From Candidatus Tayloriibacteriota bacterium (GTDB lineage Bacteria; Patescibacteriota; Minisyncoccia; Phycocordibacterales; CAIZLB01), in contig VEQN01000002.1 of NCBI GenBank assembly GCA_018883165.1, forward strand, positions 12,134-76,133: a stretch of 64,000 nt of DNA, given 5' to 3'. Positions 60,599 to 64,000 of the stretch are shown here, in pieces (position 1 is the stretch's first letter; each line of letters opens with the position of its first letter). A program made the position numbers and the translations under genes. The notes below the pieces were generated by a model. The model worked only from the letters and a program-made list of their open reading frames with translations, ran no database searches and had not been told where the DNA came from.

Positions 60599-61579
60599 AT
60601 GAAGAAAATTGTACCTGTGTATAAAAAGGTAAGGTCAAAGCTACACTCATTCATGACTACAAGTACGTATGCTCCTTTTGTAGAAGGAACGATTTTCTTC
60701 TTCTCAGGCGTTGGTGCAGTCTTTGTTTTTGTATTACTTGCTATGCAAATCGGTATCTTTAACGTACGCGGCTCTATTTCCGAGAGAAATACATTTTTTA
60801 CGGAATATAGCTTAGATGAGAAAGCTGCTCAGGAAGCTGTTCAACATATATCAAAAGCTGGTGAAGTGGGTATTGCGAAAGAACGAGTAAAGCTTTTTCC
60901 TCAAGTTGATTTCTCATGGTTATACACGAGTGAATGGGAGACATTGAAAGGTGCCCTCTACAAAGACCGGGAAGTCATTCGAAAAGCTGCGTATGAAGTG
61001 GGCATATCACCACGTGTATTGGTGAGTGTGGTGATTGCGGAACAATTAAGATTCTTTACATCAGACAGGGAGTCGTTCAAGAAGTTTTTTGAGCCATTAA
61101 AAATACTCGGGACACTCTCTCAGTTTTCTTTAGGTGTTTCTGGCATTAAACCTGAAACTGCTGAATTGATTGAAAAGAATCTTCAAGATGAGAGCTCTTC
61201 CAGATACATATCAGATCCCCAGATTAAAAACATTCTCAATCTGTCTCAAACGGAGATTGAGAAATATGGCTCATCAGATATTTCACGTGCTCGATTTGAT
61301 AGATTAACTGACTCCAAGAATCACTACTACTCATACTTGTATACTGCTTTGTTCATAAAGCAAATTGAAACTGAGTGGAAGAAAGCAGGGTTTGATATAT
61401 CAAACAGGCCAGAGATATTAGCCACATTGTTTAATCTAGGGTTCGATAAGTCTGTTCCTAAGGCAGATCCGAAAGTTGCAGGTTCTCAAATTGTGCTTGA
61501 TGGAAAGACATATACGTTTGGAGAACTGGCGTTTGCTTTCTACTACTCAGGGGATCTTTCTAGTGTTTTTGGATACTAA
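60599..61579 (+). CDS. Membrane-anchored lysozyme/transglycosylase-like protein
   Basis: VVIAEQ, SLGVSGIKPETA and ATLFNLG resemble lytic transglycosylase motifs I-III. Confidence 0.5.
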   Translation: MKKIVPVYKKVRSKLHSFMTTSTYAPFVEGTIFFFSGVGAVFVFVLLAMQIGIFNVRGSISERNTFFTEYSLDEKAAQEAVQHISKAGEVGIAKERVKLFPQVDFSWLYTSEWETLKGALYKDREVIRKAAYEVGISPRVLVSVVIAEQLRFFTSDRESFKKFFEPLKILGTLSQFSLGVSGIKPETAELIEKNLQDESSSRYISDPQIKNILNLSQTEIEKYGSSDISRARFDRLTDSKNHYYSYLYTALFIKQIETEWKKAGFDISNRPEILATLFNLGFDKSVPKADPKVAGSQIVLDGKTYTFGELAFAFYYSGDLSSVFGY

Positions 61580-62384
61580 TCAATGATGGTTTTATCTTGG
61601 TATATATTGCCTCAAATGTATCAAACAGGGAATCAACCTCATCGCGTATATATATTTCTCTAACGGTGTACAAAAACATTTTGTTTTGAGTAAGTTCAAG
61701 ATGAAGCGTATCCATATTGTGTAAAATATACTCCATAGTATCTGGTGTAAGTATTTGATATGCTTCGATTTCATACTCCTTCTCCACATATACCTCACGT
61801 TCCTTGCTGAAGTTTCCCTCAAGAGTAATTTTCCTCATATATTGAGGTAATGTACTGTGGTTGATGAAGTGATTTCCAAATACAAACTCATGCATGGTGT
61901 CCCATATGAGTATATGAGGAACTTGCACAGACAGTGTTGCTTCAAGGACGTTGAAATGGTATGTTCTTTTGTGTTTACCACTACCAACTGTATATGTATA
62001 TAGGTAATACGCAGATTTTGTATCATGAAAACTTCCGTGGATGTATTGAACAATATGTTGTGTGTGCTTACGTTCTGAAAGAAATGCATCATCAATGGTT
62101 TCTTTTTTAAGATCTAGATATCTCCAACCATGTGCTTCAGCAACCTGTGCATAGAATCTATTCTTTGTTTTAACTGTGGAAAGTCCATATATGATGAAAA
62201 AGGGGACAAGGGGAATGAAGAAAGTTGGTGATGCAAAGAATACATAGTTATCGACATGCCAGGAGAGAAAAAGCAGTACGATGTATATAGGTAAGATGTA
62301 TTTGTATGCTAAAAATCCGTATTTTCGGTTAAATTCTTTAAGCGTATCTTTATATATATTTGTGATGATACCTGCCTGGGTCAT
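61560..62384 (-). CDS. Hypothetical membrane protein
   Basis: Two N-terminal TM segments; LEGNFS...ILTPDTME. Confidence 0.65.
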   Translation of the reverse strand: MTQAGIITNIYKDTLKEFNRKYGFLAYKYILPIYIVLLFLSWHVDNYVFFASPTFFIPLVPFFIIYGLSTVKTKNRFYAQVAEAHGWRYLDLKKETIDDAFLSERKHTQHIVQYIHGSFHDTKSAYYLYTYTVGSGKHKRTYHFNVLEATLSVQVPHILIWDTMHEFVFGNHFINHSTLPQYMRKITLEGNFSKEREVYVEKEYEIEAYQILTPDTMEYILHNMDTLHLELTQNKMFLYTVREIYIRDEVDSLFDTFEAIYTKIKPSLISIQKH

Positions 62385-62420
62385 ATGTATAGTATCTCAA
62401 GTAACAAAGTTCGTGTAAAC

Positions 62421-62454
62421 AAAAACCACCGCACTCTCCACGTGCGGTGGTTTT
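62421..62454. terminator. Terminator of the sigma-region-4-like orphan
   Basis: AAAACCACCGCAC-TCTCCAC-GTGCGGTGGTTTT. Confidence 0.85.
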
Positions 62455-62470
62455 GTGAGGTGGTGACCGA

Positions 62471-62701
62471 TCAGACGTGAGCTGGTTTGAGCGAGTCGAG
62501 GAATTGGCAAAGTTCGCGCCTGATGAAGTTGATCATGCGGTAAACGGCTTCGACCGTACGATTCATGGCAGTTGCGATTTCGGACGGCTTTTTCTTTTCC
62601 ATCAGGAGTTCCGCAATCATGCGATAGGGATAACCGATGGATAAGAGGAAGTCATCAATCCAGGACTGTGCTGCTTGTGGCTCGGGACGTGTGCGTTTCA
62701 T
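62471..62701 (-). CDS. 76-aa stand-alone sigma-70 region-4-like HTH protein
   Basis: PSEIATAMNRTVEAVYRMINFIRREL; promoter TTGACA-17-TAGCAT at 62830-62802. Confidence 0.6.
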   Translation of the reverse strand: MKRTRPEPQAAQSWIDDFLLSIGYPYRMIAELLMEKKKPSEIATAMNRTVEAVYRMINFIRRELCQFLDSLKPAHV

Positions 62702-62931
62702 GTTTTGCTGGGTGTTGTGGGTTGCTGGGTCGTTTCATACAGGGGACAGGATGTCCTTCGTACGTGGAGTTTTTGGTTGTCAGGGGACAACTTACACGTA
62801 TATGCTACGACTATATGATGTGTGTGTCAATGTCTTATCCTGAAATCTGGTATCTGAAGTTAGAACTTGTTTGGTTGAAAGAGTAGGTAGATCATTCTTC
62901 TTTTAAGCTATTGTTGATATACTGTTACTGT

Positions 62932-64000
62932 ATGGAAATGAAAGGATCTGTAGAAGCAGTAATTAAAGACTTCAATATTTCAATAACTACTGGATATGCG
63001 GGGTATTTAGCCTCCGATATTCTTTATTCTGCACCTAATTATGTCTCTGCTGTTAATGAGACAGTGGCAGTTGATTTTGCACATATTCACTCATACTTAG
63101 GTAAAAGGTCTCTTGTAGTCATGAAGAATGCAGGACTTAATGAGTCTTTATTGCCGATAATCAATTCTTGCATACTTGGTACAAATGCTGGAATGGTACT
63201 GTGGATTATTGATGATCTGCTTGCTGAAGCATCAGAAATCGCGCAGGATTCTAGCAAGTTAATTAAAACAATAGGCATCAAACCTCTACGTCCAAAAAAC
63301 TGGAAACAATTATATCAATATACTCGAAAAGCATATGAAATGAGTGAGACCAGAAAAATACCTCAAATAATCATAATAAACAACAATTTGTTTAGTTCTC
63401 CAATAGAGCATGTTGCCAATCCACTTAAGGATACAAATTTTCCTTCAAAAAAGATGTCAGTGTTACATCCCAATATTTCTAAAGGGTATATTGATACATA
63501 CAACAAACGTAGACAGACTATGACTTCAATGTTTCCAAAGATTAAAGAGAAAACAGCTTTTACTGGGAAATTAAATACGACTATATATTCTGATTTGTTT
63601 AAGTCGATTCCAAAAGACGAGTTTGATATTGTGATAGGGGATTTTGGAACATATACATTAGCAGAGGGGAGCATAATCCAGTATGGACTACACTACGGCT
63701 CAGCAATGGCTTGTGGTATCGGCGCTGAAATAGCTGGAAAGAAACCTCTGGTATTTGTCGGAGAGGGTGGATTAACATCTGGTTTTGAATCAGTAATTGA
63801 GTTAGTTAGAAAGAAGACAAATATTAAGATTATCCTCATAGAGAACGGGGGAATATCTAAACAGGAAGATGTTGGGTTTGATATTTGTGAGATGTTAGAA
63901 AATCTCAAAATACCAGTTGAGAAAGTTTTAAGTACTGAGGTTTCAAAACTACCTGAACTATTGAAGAGAGGTGGTTTACTAGTCGTCTCTGTGCGGTATT
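62932..64000 (+). CDS. Thiamine-diphosphate enzyme resembling indolepyruvate oxidoreductase alpha (IorA); runs off the window end
   Basis: Hand translation: VNETVA...VVMKNAGLN...DD...SEIAQDS; IGDFGTYTL...FVGEGG. Confidence 0.6.
   Translation, partial: MEMKGSVEAVIKDFNISITTGYAGYLASDILYSAPNYVSAVNETVAVDFAHIHSYLGKRSLVVMKNAGLNESLLPIINSCILGTNAGMVLWIIDDLLAEASEIAQDSSKLIKTIGIKPLRPKNWKQLYQYTRKAYEMSETRKIPQIIIINNNLFSSPIEHVANPLKDTNFPSKKMSVLHPNISKGYIDTYNKRRQTMTSMFPKIKEKTAFTGKLNTTIYSDLFKSIPKDEFDIVIGDFGTYTLAEGSIIQYGLHYGSAMACGIGAEIAGKKPLVFVGEGGLTSGFESVIELVRKKTNIKIILIENGGISKQEDVGFDICEMLENLKIPVEKVLSTEVSKLPELLKRGGLLVVSVRY

Noticed and set aside
1-64000. Alternative genetic code (TGA or CGA reassignment)
   Set aside because: Conserved genes translate full length in code 11, Trp is TGG, TGA ends genes, and CGA falls at conserved Arg positions.

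Overview
AT-rich core-genome segment of a reduced-genome bacterium, most likely Patescibacteria/CPR (Parcubacteria-like). This is inferred from the missing rpmD (L30) between rpsE and rplO, a split ComEC, TrmB-like regulators, a lone VirB4/TraG-like ATPase and no Shine-Dalgarno motifs before r-protein genes. It holds the str, S10 and spc clusters, infC-rpmI-rplT, tpiA/pgk, recJ, rnhA, a scattered LIV-type ABC transporter and several surface proteins. I saw no tRNA, rRNA, CRISPR array or transposase. Three expression styles coexist: (1) most genes look leaderless, with TAnnnT about 6-9 nt before the start codon; (2) translation genes have -35/-10 promoters and structured leaders; (3) short, GC-richer orphan genes sit between conserved genes, each with its own promoter, structured leader and terminator. 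Best leads: an orphan PemK/MazF-fold gene facing a ~50-nt non-coding transcription unit (candidate RNA antitoxin), the orphan-gene class with a shared leader motif, and a compact 6S-like RNA. All calls and RNA folds were made by eye; no searches were run.
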